Shown: piece after piece, positions 1 through 9,012 of the stretch | Position numbering within the stretch: the first letter of the stretch is position 1 | Layout of the letters: each line of letters opens with the position of its first letter | Assembly (NCBI GenBank): GCA_020723485.1 | Contig: DYIU01000002.1 | Span: 25,167-89,166 of the forward strand | Origin: Acidimicrobium ferrooxidans | Lineage (GTDB): Bacteria; Actinomycetota; Geothermincolia; Fen-727; Anoxymicrobiaceae | Reading direction: 5' to 3' | DNA length: 64,000 nt | Position numbers and translations under genes: made by a program | Notes under the pieces: generated by a model | Seen by the model: only the letters and a program-made list of their open reading frames with translations | Database searches by the model: none | Told to the model about the DNA's origin: nothing

Positions 1-1
1 A

Positions 2-784
2 AAGGTCGCCATAGTTGGCAAGTACGTAGACCTGCCCGACGCGTACATAAGCATCGTCGAGAGCCTGAACTCCGCCGGCATCAAGCACGGGGTCAAGGTC
101 AAGCCCGTGTGGGTAGCGTCCGACACGCTCAAGGAAGGCCGCTGCGGCGACATACTGAAAGACGTGCAGGGGGTGCTGGTGCCGGGCGGTTTCGGGGTGC
201 GCGGGATAGAGGGCAAGATAATGGCCACACAGTACGCGCGCGAGAACGGCATCCCGTTCCTGGGACTCTGCCTCGGCCTGCAGTGCGCCACCATAGAGTT
301 CTCGAGGAACGTGGTGGGCATGGAGAACGCCAACTCGAGCGAGTTCGACCCCAACACGGAGTACCCGGTGATCGACCTGATGGCGCATCAGAAGGACATC
401 GATGGCCTGGGGGGGACGATGAGGCTCGGTATATACCCTTGCAAGCTCAACCCCGGGACGCACGCGTCAGACGCTTACGGCGAGGAGGTCATCTACGAGC
501 GGCACAGGCACCGTTACGAGGTGAACAACGCCTTGAGGCACAGGATGGAGGAGTCCGGGCTGGTCTTCTCGGGCGTCTCGCCTGACGACCGCCTGGTCGA
601 GATAATCGAGATACCGGAACACCCCTGGTTCGTGGCGTGCCAGTTCCACCCAGAGTTCAAGTCGAGGCCCCTGCGACCGCATCCGCTCTTCCGCGATTTC
701 GTGGGCGCAGCCGCGAAGCGCCAGCGGCTCTCCACCTCCCATCTCCAGGTTATCGAAGGCGACGAGGCCCGGGCGGGAAAATGA
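2..784 (+). CDS. pyrG: CTP synthase, C-terminal part (5' end upstream of window); glutamine amidotransferase domain
   Basis: Frame of ORF 107..784 stays open back to nt 2 ([22 protein letters not shown]...). Class-I GATase motifs GLCLGLQ and QFHPEF with a PyrG-type C-terminus. Confidence 0.93.
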   Translation, partial: KVAIVGKYVDLPDAYISIVESLNSAGIKHGVKVKPVWVASDTLKEGRCGDILKDVQGVLVPGGFGVRGIEGKIMATQYARENGIPFLGLCLGLQCATIEFSRNVVGMENANSSEFDPNTEYPVIDLMAHQKDIDGLGGTMRLGIYPCKLNPGTHASDAYGEEVIYERHRHRYEVNNALRHRMEESGLVFSGVSPDDRLVEIIEIPEHPWFVACQFHPEFKSRPLRPHPLFRDFVGAAAKRQRLSTSHLQVIEGDEARAGK

Positions 785-1929
785 AACCCGAGCGGGGGCC
801 CGATCCTGAGCGCCTCTTCTCCATCTTCCTCGACCTGGTCGGGATAGACAGCGAGTCCGGGAGCGAGGGAGAGGTAGCCCGCTACGTGAAGGAGTTCTGC
901 TCGAGGCTCGGCCTCCAGGCCCTGGAGGACGGTGCTGGGGCCGCCACGGGCGGGCAGTGCGGCAACATCCTTGTAGATATTCCTGGCGGCGGTGACAAGC
1001 CCCTTATACTCAACGCCCACATGGACACCGTCGTACCGGGCTGCGGCGTTGCCGCCTTCGATGATGGTAGCGGGTTCTCGAGCACCGGCGAGACCGTACT
1101 CGGGGCGGACTGCAAAGCCGGCCTCGCCGCGATTCTCGCGGCCGTGGAGGCCCTGCTCGGTTCGGGGACAAGTCACCGCGCCCTGGAACTGGTGTTCACC
1201 GTCCAGGAGGAGACCGGGCTGGTGGGGGCGAGTCACTTCGATGTCTCCACCCTGAGAGGCGAGTGGGGCGTGGTCCTGGACGGCAGCGGCCCCGTCGGTG
1301 GAATAGTGATAGAGGCCCCGGGACAGGACCAGGTGGAGATAGTGGTTAGGGGTAGGTCCGCGCACGCGGGCGTGGAGCCCGAGAAAGGCGTCAGCGCCAT
1401 CGCCTGCGCTTCGGAAGCCGTGGCGGGGCTGAGGCTCGGGCGTCGCGACGATATCACGACCTCCAACATCGGCCTGATATCCGGAGGGAAGGCGGTCAAC
1501 ATAGTGCCGGACCTGGTCTCCCTCAGCGGAGAGGTGCGCAGCCTTTCAGACGAGCGCCTGGACCAGGAGCGCGAGGCGATGCTTGACAGCTTCACGAAGG
1601 CCGCAGCCTCTCACGGGTGCGAGCTCGACGTGAAGGTCGAGCGCAAGTTCGAGCATTTCAGGCTGGACGAGAACGCGCCGCCGGTCAGGTGCCTCCAGCG
1701 CGCGATGAGCGAGTGCGGCATCGAGTCTCACCTCGCGTCGAGCGGCGGCGGGAGCGACGCGAACGTCTTCAACGGGGCCGGGCTGGAGCTGGCCGTGATG
1801 CACATAGGCCTGGTCGACGCGCACACGCCGGACGAGTTCATCCGCAAGGAGGACCTCCTCGCGGTCTCGCGGGTGGTCCACACGCTTGCGGCCATCTCGG
1901 TCGAAGAAGAGGGGGAAGGCCCGTCTTGA
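781..1929 (+). CDS. M20/M25/M40 family metallopeptidase (PepT-like)
   Basis: ATG 781 overlaps the pyrG stop (ATGA). Motifs NAHMDTV and [12 protein letters not shown] are typical of M20 peptidases. The upstream part of track ORF 637..1929 overlaps pyrG and is discarded. Confidence 0.8.
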   Translation: MKPERGPDPERLFSIFLDLVGIDSESGSEGEVARYVKEFCSRLGLQALEDGAGAATGGQCGNILVDIPGGGDKPLILNAHMDTVVPGCGVAAFDDGSGFSSTGETVLGADCKAGLAAILAAVEALLGSGTSHRALELVFTVQEETGLVGASHFDVSTLRGEWGVVLDGSGPVGGIVIEAPGQDQVEIVVRGRSAHAGVEPEKGVSAIACASEAVAGLRLGRRDDITTSNIGLISGGKAVNIVPDLVSLSGEVRSLSDERLDQEREAMLDSFTKAAASHGCELDVKVERKFEHFRLDENAPPVRCLQRAMSECGIESHLASSGGGSDANVFNGAGLELAVMHIGLVDAHTPDEFIRKEDLLAVSRVVHTLAAISVEEEGEGPS

Positions 1930-3005
1930 GCAGCTACGGCAGGGCCAGGGTGACGGGCGTCGAGCGGTGGAACCCGGGCGCCTTAATGGCAGGCCTCGTG
2001 CTGGACGACGGCTCGGAGGGAAAAGGTCTCGTTTTCGAGGGGCTGTCCGGCGGGGTCGAGGTTGGCGACGAGGTAGTGGTCAATACAACCGCCGTGGAGC
2101 TCGAACTGGGGTCCGGCGGGTTCCACTTCGTCCTGTGGAACCTCTCGCGCTCTTCACTCGACACGGGCGCCCGGGGGCACATCATGAAGCTCAGGTACAC
2201 GCCCATGCAGCTGAACGTGGCCGCGGTCGAGGAGGAGCTCGGCGGGTTCCCGGTCTCAGAGCTCGGTGCCGCCCTCGCCGGGATGCCCGTCATCGCCGGT
2301 TCGCTTCACAGCCAGCTGCTGCCCGCGGCCCTCGCTTACGCCCACGCCAGGCCCGGCGGGCGGCTGGTCTACGTGATGACCGACGGCGGCTGCCTCCCCT
2401 ATGCTTTCAGCAGGACCGCTCACTTCCTTCGCTCCCGTGGACTGCTGGAGCGCTCGATCACTTGCGGACACGCCTTCGGCGGAGACCTGGAGGCTGTGAA
2501 CATCCACGGTGCCCTGCTCGCCTCGAAGCTGGTGTGCGGGGCCGACGCGGCCGTAGTGGTGATGGGCCCCGGCATCGTCGGCACCGGTTCCGCGCTGGGC
2601 TTCACCGGGATGGAGCAGGGGGACATCGCCAACGCGGCGGCCTCCATAGGAGGGCGTCCCGTGGTCATCCCCAGGATCACTTTCGCTGACCCCAGGGACA
2701 GGCACCGCGGCCTGAGCCACCACACCGTATCGGCGCTCAGGCATGGAGCGCTCTCCAGGTGTGTGGTCCCGGTCCCGCTGATGGACAGGGCGAAGCAGGA
2801 GCTGGTGGACGGCCAGCTCGGTGAGGCCGGAATAACCGGCATCCACGAGGTGAGAACGATAGACGCGGCAGAGGTGCTCGGGATGCTCGAGCAGTGCGAG
2901 CAGAAAGCGACCGTGATGGGTCGCACGGTGGCCGAGGAGCCCGAGTTCTTCATGGCGGCCGGGGCGGCGGGGCTCGTCGCGGCCGGGATCGGCGGTGAAG
3001 GGTAA
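1926..3005 (+). CDS. DUF3866-like conserved hypothetical protein
   Basis: TTG 1926 overlaps the M20 stop. VNTTAVELELGSGGFHFVLWN resembles the DUF3866 family as I remember it. The Arg-rich upstream part of ORF 1617..3005 overlaps the M20 gene. Family assignment unverified. Confidence 0.55.
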   Translation: MSSYGRARVTGVERWNPGALMAGLVLDDGSEGKGLVFEGLSGGVEVGDEVVVNTTAVELELGSGGFHFVLWNLSRSSLDTGARGHIMKLRYTPMQLNVAAVEEELGGFPVSELGAALAGMPVIAGSLHSQLLPAALAYAHARPGGRLVYVMTDGGCLPYAFSRTAHFLRSRGLLERSITCGHAFGGDLEAVNIHGALLASKLVCGADAAVVVMGPGIVGTGSALGFTGMEQGDIANAAASIGGRPVVIPRITFADPRDRHRGLSHHTVSALRHGALSRCVVPVPLMDRAKQELVDGQLGEAGITGIHEVRTIDAAEVLGMLEQCEQKATVMGRTVAEEPEFFMAAGAAGLVAAGIGGEG

Positions 3006-3584
3006 GTGGACATAGGGGACCACGAGATAGTCAGCAGCGAACAGGTGTTCGACGGACGCGTGGTAAAGGTCTTCCTCGACGACGTGAGGCTGCCCGACGG
3101 GAGGAGCGCCCGGTGGGAGCGGGTCGCTCATCCAGGCGCGGTCGGCATCGTACCGCTGCTCGAAACCGGCGAGGTGCTGATGGTGCGGCAGTACCGCCAC
3201 GCGGTACGGGGCGTACTTCTGGAGATACCGGCGGGCAAGCTCGACCCCGGGGAGCCGCCGCTGGAGTGCGCGCACCGCGAGCTCGAGGAGGAGGTGGGGA
3301 TGAAGGCCGGCGAGATGGTGAAGCTGGCAGAGTTCTTCAACTCCCCCGGCTACTCCGACGAGTACTTCCACCTCTATCTCGCGCGGGACCTCACGCCGGG
3401 GAAGGCAGACCCTGAGGCGGACGAGTTTCTCGAGATCGAGCGGCTGCGACTCGAGGAGGCACCGAAGCTGATCGCCGGTGGAGATATCACGGACGCAAAG
3501 AGCATCATCGGGCTGTCACTGGCCTCGCAGTTCATCGAGGGAGTCCTGCGGCCGTTCGAGGGCCAGCGGAATAATGAATCTTGA
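3006..3584 (+). CDS. NUDIX hydrolase, ADP-ribose pyrophosphatase-like
   Basis: Nudix box GKLDPGEPPLECAHRELEEEVGM. GTG start lies directly after the previous stop. Confidence 0.85.
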   Translation: MDIGDHEIVSSEQVFDGRVVKVFLDDVRLPDGRSARWERVAHPGAVGIVPLLETGEVLMVRQYRHAVRGVLLEIPAGKLDPGEPPLECAHRELEEEVGMKAGEMVKLAEFFNSPGYSDEYFHLYLARDLTPGKADPEADEFLEIERLRLEEAPKLIAGGDITDAKSIIGLSLASQFIEGVLRPFEGQRNNES

Positions 3585-4548
3585 AGATGGCAGCGCGCGG
3601 GGAACACCGGCCCACGGCGACGAGTTGACGGCGCTCGTGGCGGCTGCGCAGGAGTTCCTCGAATACATGCAGGTGGAGCGGGGTGTGTCACCCAACACCG
3701 TCTCCGCGTACAGGCGCGGCCTGGTGCGCTACCTGGACTTCCTCGCCGGCAAGGGGATAGAGGACCCTGAATCGGTCAACCAGGAGGCGGTCATGTCGTA
3801 CGCCGCCTTCCTGGCCTCGAGGGATTCAGGTCTCTCAGCGCGCTCGATGTCGCAGGCGTTCAGCGCGGTCCGCATGTTCCACAGGTTCATGGTCGCGGAG
3901 GGAATTGCTCCAGTCGACCCCACCGGGACCCTGCCGTCCCCAAGGCTGCCGGCACGCCTTCCGAAGGCGCTCACCAGGAGGCAGGTGGAGTCACTGCTGG
4001 AGGCGCCCGCCAGGGGTGACGCGCTGGGGCTTCGGGACAGGATGATACTGGAGATGATGTACGCGACCGGCATGCGGATCTCCGAGCTCGTCGGGCTCGA
4101 CGTCGGGGACGTGGACCTCGCTGAGAGGATAGCTTCGGTCAGGGGCAAGGGGGACAAGTGGAGGCTGGTGCCGTTCGGGTCGCAGGCTGCCTCGGCCTCC
4201 TCGTCGTACCTGTCGGACGGCAGGCCGGAGCTCGCCGGGGGCAGGCGTACGAGCGCTTTCGTCCTGAACGCGCGCGGCGGCAGGCTCTCCAGGCAGGGCT
4301 GCTGGAAGGTGATAAAGGGATACGCGGACGCCGTCGGGCTCGCCGAAGTCGTGACGCCGCACGTGCTGCGGCACACGTTCGCGACGCACATGCTCGAGGG
4401 CGGGGCCAACCTGCTCGTGGTGCAGGAGCTGCTCGGCCACGCGAGCATAGCGACGACCCAGATATACACGGATATCACCAGGGACCACCTGAAGTCGGTG
4501 TACAGGGATTCACATCCCCGCGCGGGGCGGCGGGACGCAACAAAGTGA
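3574..4548 (+). CDS. xerD: Site-specific tyrosine recombinase XerD
   Basis: ATG 3574 (MNLEDGS...). N-terminal SAM-like domain (FLEYMQVERGVSPNTVSAYRR). C-terminal catalytic HVLRHTFATHML...LLGHASIATTQIYT. Sits in the pyrG-nudix-xerD context. Confidence 0.9.
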   Translation: MNLEDGSARGTPAHGDELTALVAAAQEFLEYMQVERGVSPNTVSAYRRGLVRYLDFLAGKGIEDPESVNQEAVMSYAAFLASRDSGLSARSMSQAFSAVRMFHRFMVAEGIAPVDPTGTLPSPRLPARLPKALTRRQVESLLEAPARGDALGLRDRMILEMMYATGMRISELVGLDVGDVDLAERIASVRGKGDKWRLVPFGSQAASASSSYLSDGRPELAGGRRTSAFVLNARGGRLSRQGCWKVIKGYADAVGLAEVVTPHVLRHTFATHMLEGGANLLVVQELLGHASIATTQIYTDITRDHLKSVYRDSHPRAGRRDATK

Positions 4549-4567
4549 CCTGACCCCGATGTTGCAA
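4535..4567 (+). repeat. Diverged single copy of the 32-nt unit that forms the dapB/ftsK inverted repeat
   Basis: acgcaacaaagtgacctgaccccgatgttgcaa versus atgcaacaaaatgacctgaccccgctgttgcg at 49178..49209 (about 4 mismatches). Spans the xerD stop codon (4546-4548). Internal GCAACA/TGTTGC palindrome. Confidence 0.7.
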
Positions 4568-4608
4568 TAGAATGGACGCTCGGGTCCGACCCTGGAAACG
4601 GAGCAAAG

Positions 4609-5283
4609 TTGGAAAGCTGGCGCCAAGCGATATACATTGTCATAGGGCTCTTCATCGGAGTGATATTCCACGAGTACATGCACGGGCGGGCGGCCGATTA
4701 CTTCGGAGACAAGACGGCCAGGAACGCCGGAAGGCTGACCTTGAACCCCATCCCGCACATCGATCCCTTCGGCACCGTGCTCCTGCCGCTTGCGCTGCTC
4801 CTGGTCTCCCGGGGCTCTTTTACCTTCGGCTACGCCAAACCCGTGCCGGTCAACCCGTTCTTCATGAAGCACAGGCGAGACATGGTATTCGTAGCGCTCG
4901 CGGGTCCCCTTACCAACTTCGCCGTCGCCATAGCGATAACGCTCATTGGCATGCTGGTGCACCTTTTCGGGGTTTCGACCACAACCGTGAGCGGCGCGGG
5001 CGTGAGTGTCACCGAACTGTTTACCCTCTTCTACATGGCCGCCTACATCAACGTCTGGCTGGGCATATTCAACCTGATCCCGGTACCGCCACTCGACGGC
5101 TCTCACGTGCTCGAGTATTTCCTGCCGCCGAGCGCCCAGGCCAGCTACGAGCGCCTGGCGCCGTTCGGGTTTATCATAGTGTTCGCGTTTCTATGGCTGT
5201 CGGGAGACCTCTTCTTCAGGCTCCTTCAGCCGGTGTTCCAGCTGCTGGGCCGGATCATGGGGATACCATCGATATTCCTGTGA
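4609..5283 (+). CDS. Site-2 protease family (M50) membrane metalloprotease
   Basis: HEYMH zinc motif, multiple hydrophobic helices, NLIPVPPLDGSHV motif. TTG start with GGAG 5 nt upstream. Confidence 0.85.
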   Translation: MESWRQAIYIVIGLFIGVIFHEYMHGRAADYFGDKTARNAGRLTLNPIPHIDPFGTVLLPLALLLVSRGSFTFGYAKPVPVNPFFMKHRRDMVFVALAGPLTNFAVAIAITLIGMLVHLFGVSTTTVSGAGVSVTELFTLFYMAAYINVWLGIFNLIPVPPLDGSHVLEYFLPPSAQASYERLAPFGFIIVFAFLWLSGDLFFRLLQPVFQLLGRIMGIPSIFL

Positions 5284-5323
5284 CACGGCCGCCGGCCAAC
5301 ATCTGCCAGAGCGGGGGTGCTGT

Positions 5324-6310
5324 TTGAAGAACAGGGTAGTCAGCGGTTACAGGCCGAGCGGGAGGCTGCACCTCGGCCACTATCACGGCAACCTCAAGAA
5401 CATGGTAGGCCTCCAGGACACGCACGAGTGCTTCTTCTTCGTGGCGGACTGGCACGCGCTCACCACGGATTACAAAGACACCTCGATGCTGGGCGCCTAC
5501 ACCACGGAGATGGTGCTGGACTGGCTGGCCGCGGGGCTCGACCCCAACAGGTGCACCATCTACAGGCAGTCCGACATAGCCGGCATACCCGAGCTGACCC
5601 TCTACTTCGGAATGATAATGACGCTCGGCGAGCTCGAGCGCTGCCCTACCTACAAGGAGCAGCTTCGCGAGCTGGGCGCCAGGGTCGTGAACACTTACGG
5701 CTTCCTCGGCTACCCGGTGCTGCAGGCGGCGGACATCCTGATAGTGGACGCCGAGCTCGTCCCGGTCGGGGAGGACCAGCTGCCGCACCTCGAGCTCACA
5801 CGCGAAATAGCCCGGGACTTCAACAATCTCTACGGTCAGACATTCCCCGAACCCCAGCCCATCCTCTCGAGCGCGCCGAAGATACCCGGCACGGACGGGC
5901 GCAAGATGTCCAAGAGCTACGACAACGCGATAGTCCTGTCGGATGGCCCGGAGGTCATCGCCGGGAAGGTCCGGAAGATGATAACCGACCCGGCGCGAAA
6001 GCGGCGCGACGACAAGGGCCATCCCGACGTCTGCACGGTGTTCGAGCTCTACAAGGTCTATTTCCCGGACATCCTCGAGGACGTCGCGGGCGACTGCCGC
6101 GAGGCGCTCATCGGCTGCACGGACTGCAAGGACAGGCTCTCGGAGCGCATAGCTGAGGACCTTGCCCCGTTCAGGGGGCGGCGCGAGGTGCTGTCGCGCG
6201 ACCCCGGCCTCGCGCGGGAGGTTCTCGCGGCCGGGGCGGAGAAAGTAAGGCCTATAGCTGACGATACACTCGCCGCGGCGAGGAAGGCGATGAGGATCGG
6301 GACCCTGTAG
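5324..6310 (+). CDS. trpS: Tryptophan--tRNA ligase
   Basis: Class-I signatures HLGHY (HIGH) and KMSKS. Length 328 aa. Confidence 0.95.
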   Translation: MKNRVVSGYRPSGRLHLGHYHGNLKNMVGLQDTHECFFFVADWHALTTDYKDTSMLGAYTTEMVLDWLAAGLDPNRCTIYRQSDIAGIPELTLYFGMIMTLGELERCPTYKEQLRELGARVVNTYGFLGYPVLQAADILIVDAELVPVGEDQLPHLELTREIARDFNNLYGQTFPEPQPILSSAPKIPGTDGRKMSKSYDNAIVLSDGPEVIAGKVRKMITDPARKRRDDKGHPDVCTVFELYKVYFPDILEDVAGDCREALIGCTDCKDRLSERIAEDLAPFRGRREVLSRDPGLAREVLAAGAEKVRPIADDTLAAARKAMRIGTL

Positions 6311-6319
6311 GAGCGGGCG

Positions 6320-7066
6320 TTGAGCTTCGAGGTGAAGATAGACGTATTCGAGGGGCCGTTCGACCTGCTTCTCCAGCTCATCATGAAGCAGGAGCTGGAC
6401 ATCCACGAGGTGCCGATATCGGCTATCACTGCGGCGTTCATCGAGCACATAGAGGGTGCGCCCGAGCTCGACCTGGACACCGCGACCGAGTTCCTGCTCA
6501 TCGCGGCGACGCTGCTCCTGATAAAGGCGCGCTCGCTGCTGCCGCGTCCCGAGGACGACCTGGAGGCGGCCGAAGAGTCTGAGACCGCCAGGGAGTACCT
6601 GGTGGAAAGGCTGGTCGAGTACAAGAAGTTCTCTAACGTGGCCGACCTCTTCGAGGGGCTGTACGCCGAGCACGGCTGGTACCTGCCCCGGATGAGGGAG
6701 ATGGAGGACGACTATTCCACGCTGTACCCCGACCCGTTCGAGGGCATACCCGCGGGGGCGATGGCCGAGGCCCTGATGGAGGTCCTGGTGGAATGGGCGC
6801 GGGAGAGCGTGGACGTCTCGTACATAGCCCCCATTCGCATCTCGGTGACGGAACACATCGAGATGGTGCGCGTGAGGCTCGCCGCTGACGGGCAAGCCAG
6901 ATTCAGCGAGCTCATCGATGGCTGTACATCGAAGATAGAGGTGATAGCCACGTTCCTGGCCGTGCTCGAGCTCTGCAAGCGCGGCGAGATAACCGTTAAT
7001 CAGAGGAAACTGTTCGGAGAGATATTCGTGAAGCTGCGCGAGGGAGAAGTGACCAGTGTCGCATGA
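6320..7066 (+). CDS. scpA: Segregation and condensation protein A
   Basis: N-terminus FEGPFDLLLQLIMKQELDIHEVPISAIT is typical ScpA. Followed by scpB. Confidence 0.92.
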   Translation: MSFEVKIDVFEGPFDLLLQLIMKQELDIHEVPISAITAAFIEHIEGAPELDLDTATEFLLIAATLLLIKARSLLPRPEDDLEAAEESETAREYLVERLVEYKKFSNVADLFEGLYAEHGWYLPRMREMEDDYSTLYPDPFEGIPAGAMAEALMEVLVEWARESVDVSYIAPIRISVTEHIEMVRVRLAADGQARFSELIDGCTSKIEVIATFLAVLELCKRGEITVNQRKLFGEIFVKLREGEVTSVA

Positions 7067-7868
7067 CGAAGTGACGGGAGGCCGTTCGCCGGAAGCCGAC
7101 GGATACTGGGCGCGGGAGGGCGGACCGGGCGCCGAGGGGGCCATCGGACAGGACGGCGCCTGGCAGGCCGAGCCTCCGCCCTCCTCGGGCGTCGATAAGG
7201 CATCCGTGGTCGAGGCCCTGCTGTTCGTATCCCCCGAGCCCCTTTCAGTGGGGGCGATATCGGAGGTCACCGGGTTCGATCCCGGCGCCACCAGGGAGAT
7301 GCTGAACGAGCTTGTGGAGTCCTACCGTGAGCGGGACGGAGGCCTTCTCATCCGCGAGGTGGGCGGGGGGTTCGGCATTTACGCCGTGCCGGAAGCGGCG
7401 CCGTTCATCTCCAGGCTCATCAGGTCGCAGGTGAACCCGCGGCTCACCAGGGCGGCGCTCGAAACCCTTGCGATAGTGGCCTACCTGCAGCCTGTCTCCA
7501 GGGGAGTGGTCGCAGAGATACGTGGGGTCCAGTCGGAGGGAGTGATGAAGACGCTCGAGGACCGCGGCATGGTCCACGAGGTCGGAAAGGGCGGCCCGCC
7601 GGGGTATCCGATGCTGTACGGCACCACCACGCGTTTCCTGGAGCGCTTCGGACTGAAGAGCCTCGACGAGCTTCCCGACCTGGAGGAGTTCGCGCCCGAC
7701 GACGCTACAATAGAGAAGATAAAGCGAAGCCTTTCCTGGGAGCTCATCGAGGAGGACGCAGGTGGCCGAGGCGAAGCCGGAGCGCATCCAGAAGATACTG
7801 TCGTCGGCCGGGATAGCGTCGAGGAGGGCGGCGGAGGAACTGATACTGGAGGGGCGGGTAACACGTAA
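7056..7868 (+). CDS. scpB: Segregation and condensation protein B, with N- and C-terminal low-complexity extensions
   Basis: Core VVEALLFVSPEPLSVGAISEVTG...LETLAIVAYLQPVSRGVVAEIRGV. The tail overlaps rluB by 107 nt. Confidence 0.88.
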   Translation: MSHDEVTGGRSPEADGYWAREGGPGAEGAIGQDGAWQAEPPPSSGVDKASVVEALLFVSPEPLSVGAISEVTGFDPGATREMLNELVESYRERDGGLLIREVGGGFGIYAVPEAAPFISRLIRSQVNPRLTRAALETLAIVAYLQPVSRGVVAEIRGVQSEGVMKTLEDRGMVHEVGKGGPPGYPMLYGTTTRFLERFGLKSLDELPDLEEFAPDDATIEKIKRSLSWELIEEDAGGRGEAGAHPEDTVVGRDSVEEGGGGTDTGGAGNT

Positions 7869-8508
7869 CGGCGAAACCGTCCGGCTGGGGGACAGGGCCG
7901 TCCCCGGGTCGGACGAGGTGGCCGTGGACGGCGTCCCCGTCGAGCCCGGAGTCGAGCACAGGTACTTCGCGCTGAACAAGCCCAGGGGAGTGATATCGTC
8001 CGTTGGCGACCCTCAGGGGCGCAGGACCGTGATTGACCTCATCGACCCCTCGCTGGCGAATGAGCTCCGGTTGTTCCCGGTCGGGAGGCTGGACATGGAT
8101 TCGACCGGGCTTATACTCTTAACAAACGACGGGTTCCTTGCCAACCGCCTTATGCACCCGCGGTTCGGGGTGCCCAGGGAGTACGTTGTGGAGGTTGAGC
8201 CGGCACCCTCGCCGCAGGACATCTCCCGGCTGAGGAAAGGCGTCGTCCTGGAAGACGGCGACAGTGGTCCTGCCCGGGTCTCACTGGTCGGAAAGCGAGG
8301 AAAGCGGGGCCAGGTGAGGATGACCGTCACGAGCGGCAGGAAACGACAGATCAGGAGGTCGTTCGAAGCGCTCGGGTACAGGGTGAGGAGCCTGAACCGC
8401 GTGCGCTTCGGGAGCCTAGGCCTGGGAAACCTGAGGCCCGGCAGCCACCGGGAGCTGGGCCCGGCCGAGGTGAAGGCGCTGTACAGGTCGACCGGCTGGG
8501 GAAGATGA
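7762..8508 (+). CDS. rluB: Pseudouridine synthase, RluB/RsuA family
   Basis: S4 domain ERIQKILSSAGIASRRAAEELILEGRV and catalytic GRLDMDSTGLILLTNDG. Confidence 0.9.
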   Translation: MAEAKPERIQKILSSAGIASRRAAEELILEGRVTRNGETVRLGDRAVPGSDEVAVDGVPVEPGVEHRYFALNKPRGVISSVGDPQGRRTVIDLIDPSLANELRLFPVGRLDMDSTGLILLTNDGFLANRLMHPRFGVPREYVVEVEPAPSPQDISRLRKGVVLEDGDSGPARVSLVGKRGKRGQVRMTVTSGRKRQIRRSFEALGYRVRSLNRVRFGSLGLGNLRPGSHRELGPAEVKALYRSTGWGR

Positions 8509-8527
8509 AGCAGGCCAAGGAGGCGTT

Positions 8528-8890
8528 ATGAGGGTCAGGGGACTTCGGGGAGCGACCACCACCGACGGCAACACCAAGGAAGCCATAATCGAGGCGACCT
8601 CGGAGCTGCTGGAGGAGATGCTGGACCGCAACGACATCGCGACCGAAGACCTGATAGCCATAATCTTCACGGCGACGGCGGACATAACCGCGGAGTTCCC
8701 GGCGGGCGCGGCCCGCAAGATAGGGCTGTCGCACATCCCGGTGATCAGCGCGGTCGAGCTCTCCGTTGAGGGGGCACTCCCTTACACGATAAGGGTACTC
8801 ATGTTCGTCTACGTGGAGAAAGCGCGCGAGCAGCTGCGACACGTCTACCTGAAGGACGCCCGGCAGCTCCGCACCGACCTCCCCGAGTGA
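8528..8890 (+). CDS. aroH: Chorismate mutase, AroH type
   Basis: MRVRGLRGATT...AIIFTATADITAEFPAGAAR...RVLMFV is the monofunctional AroH-class signature. 120 aa. Confidence 0.88.
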   Translation: MRVRGLRGATTTDGNTKEAIIEATSELLEEMLDRNDIATEDLIAIIFTATADITAEFPAGAARKIGLSHIPVISAVELSVEGALPYTIRVLMFVYVEKAREQLRHVYLKDARQLRTDLPE

Positions 8891-8910
8891 AGCTGACGTT
8901 TGACGATCCC

Positions 8911-8991
8911 CGTAGCGCCGACCTCCGGTCGGCATGAGACGTAGCGCCGACCTCCGGTCGGCATGAGACGTAGCGCCGACCTCCGGTCGGC
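8911..8991 (+). repeat. Tandem direct repeat, 29-nt unit x 2.8 (cgtagcgccgacctccggtcggcatgaga), each unit carrying a 7-bp hairpin
   Basis: Identical units start at 8911, 8940 and 8969 (the last is truncated). Each has GCCGACC-tcc-GGTCGGC. Located in the aroH / DAHP synthase intercistronic gap. Confidence 0.95.
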
Positions 8992-9012
8992 TCCTGGAGC
9001 TGGTGAGCAGAG

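Noticed and set aside
637-780. N-terminal extensions proposed by the ORF track for several genes: 637 for the M20 peptidase, 1617 for DUF3866, 3478 for xerD, 19282 for rpsA, 29747 for whiA, 30926 for gap, 56911 for ileS, 59697 for lspA, 60845 for rluD.
   Set aside because: The extensions overlap the preceding conserved gene in another frame or give Arg-rich nonsense. Conserved N-termini and SD motifs or ATGA/TTGA couplings support the downstream starts used above.
5255-7291. Very long antisense ORFs in the track. Examples: 5255..7291 (678 aa), 11304..13181 (625 aa), 38092..39672 (526 aa), 44680..46122 (480 aa), 49244..51550 (768 aa), and many of 100-400 aa.
   Set aside because: Each lies opposite a gene with unmistakable conserved motifs (trpS/scpA, aroA/cmk, infB, pnp, ftsK). 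Their translations are Arg/Pro/Gly/Ala-rich low-complexity strings, typical of stop-codon-poor alternative frames in high-GC DNA.
8911-8991. Tandem 29-nt repeats considered as a CRISPR array.
   Set aside because: The units are directly abutting with no spacers, there are only about 3 copies, no cas genes are present, and the array lies inside an operon.
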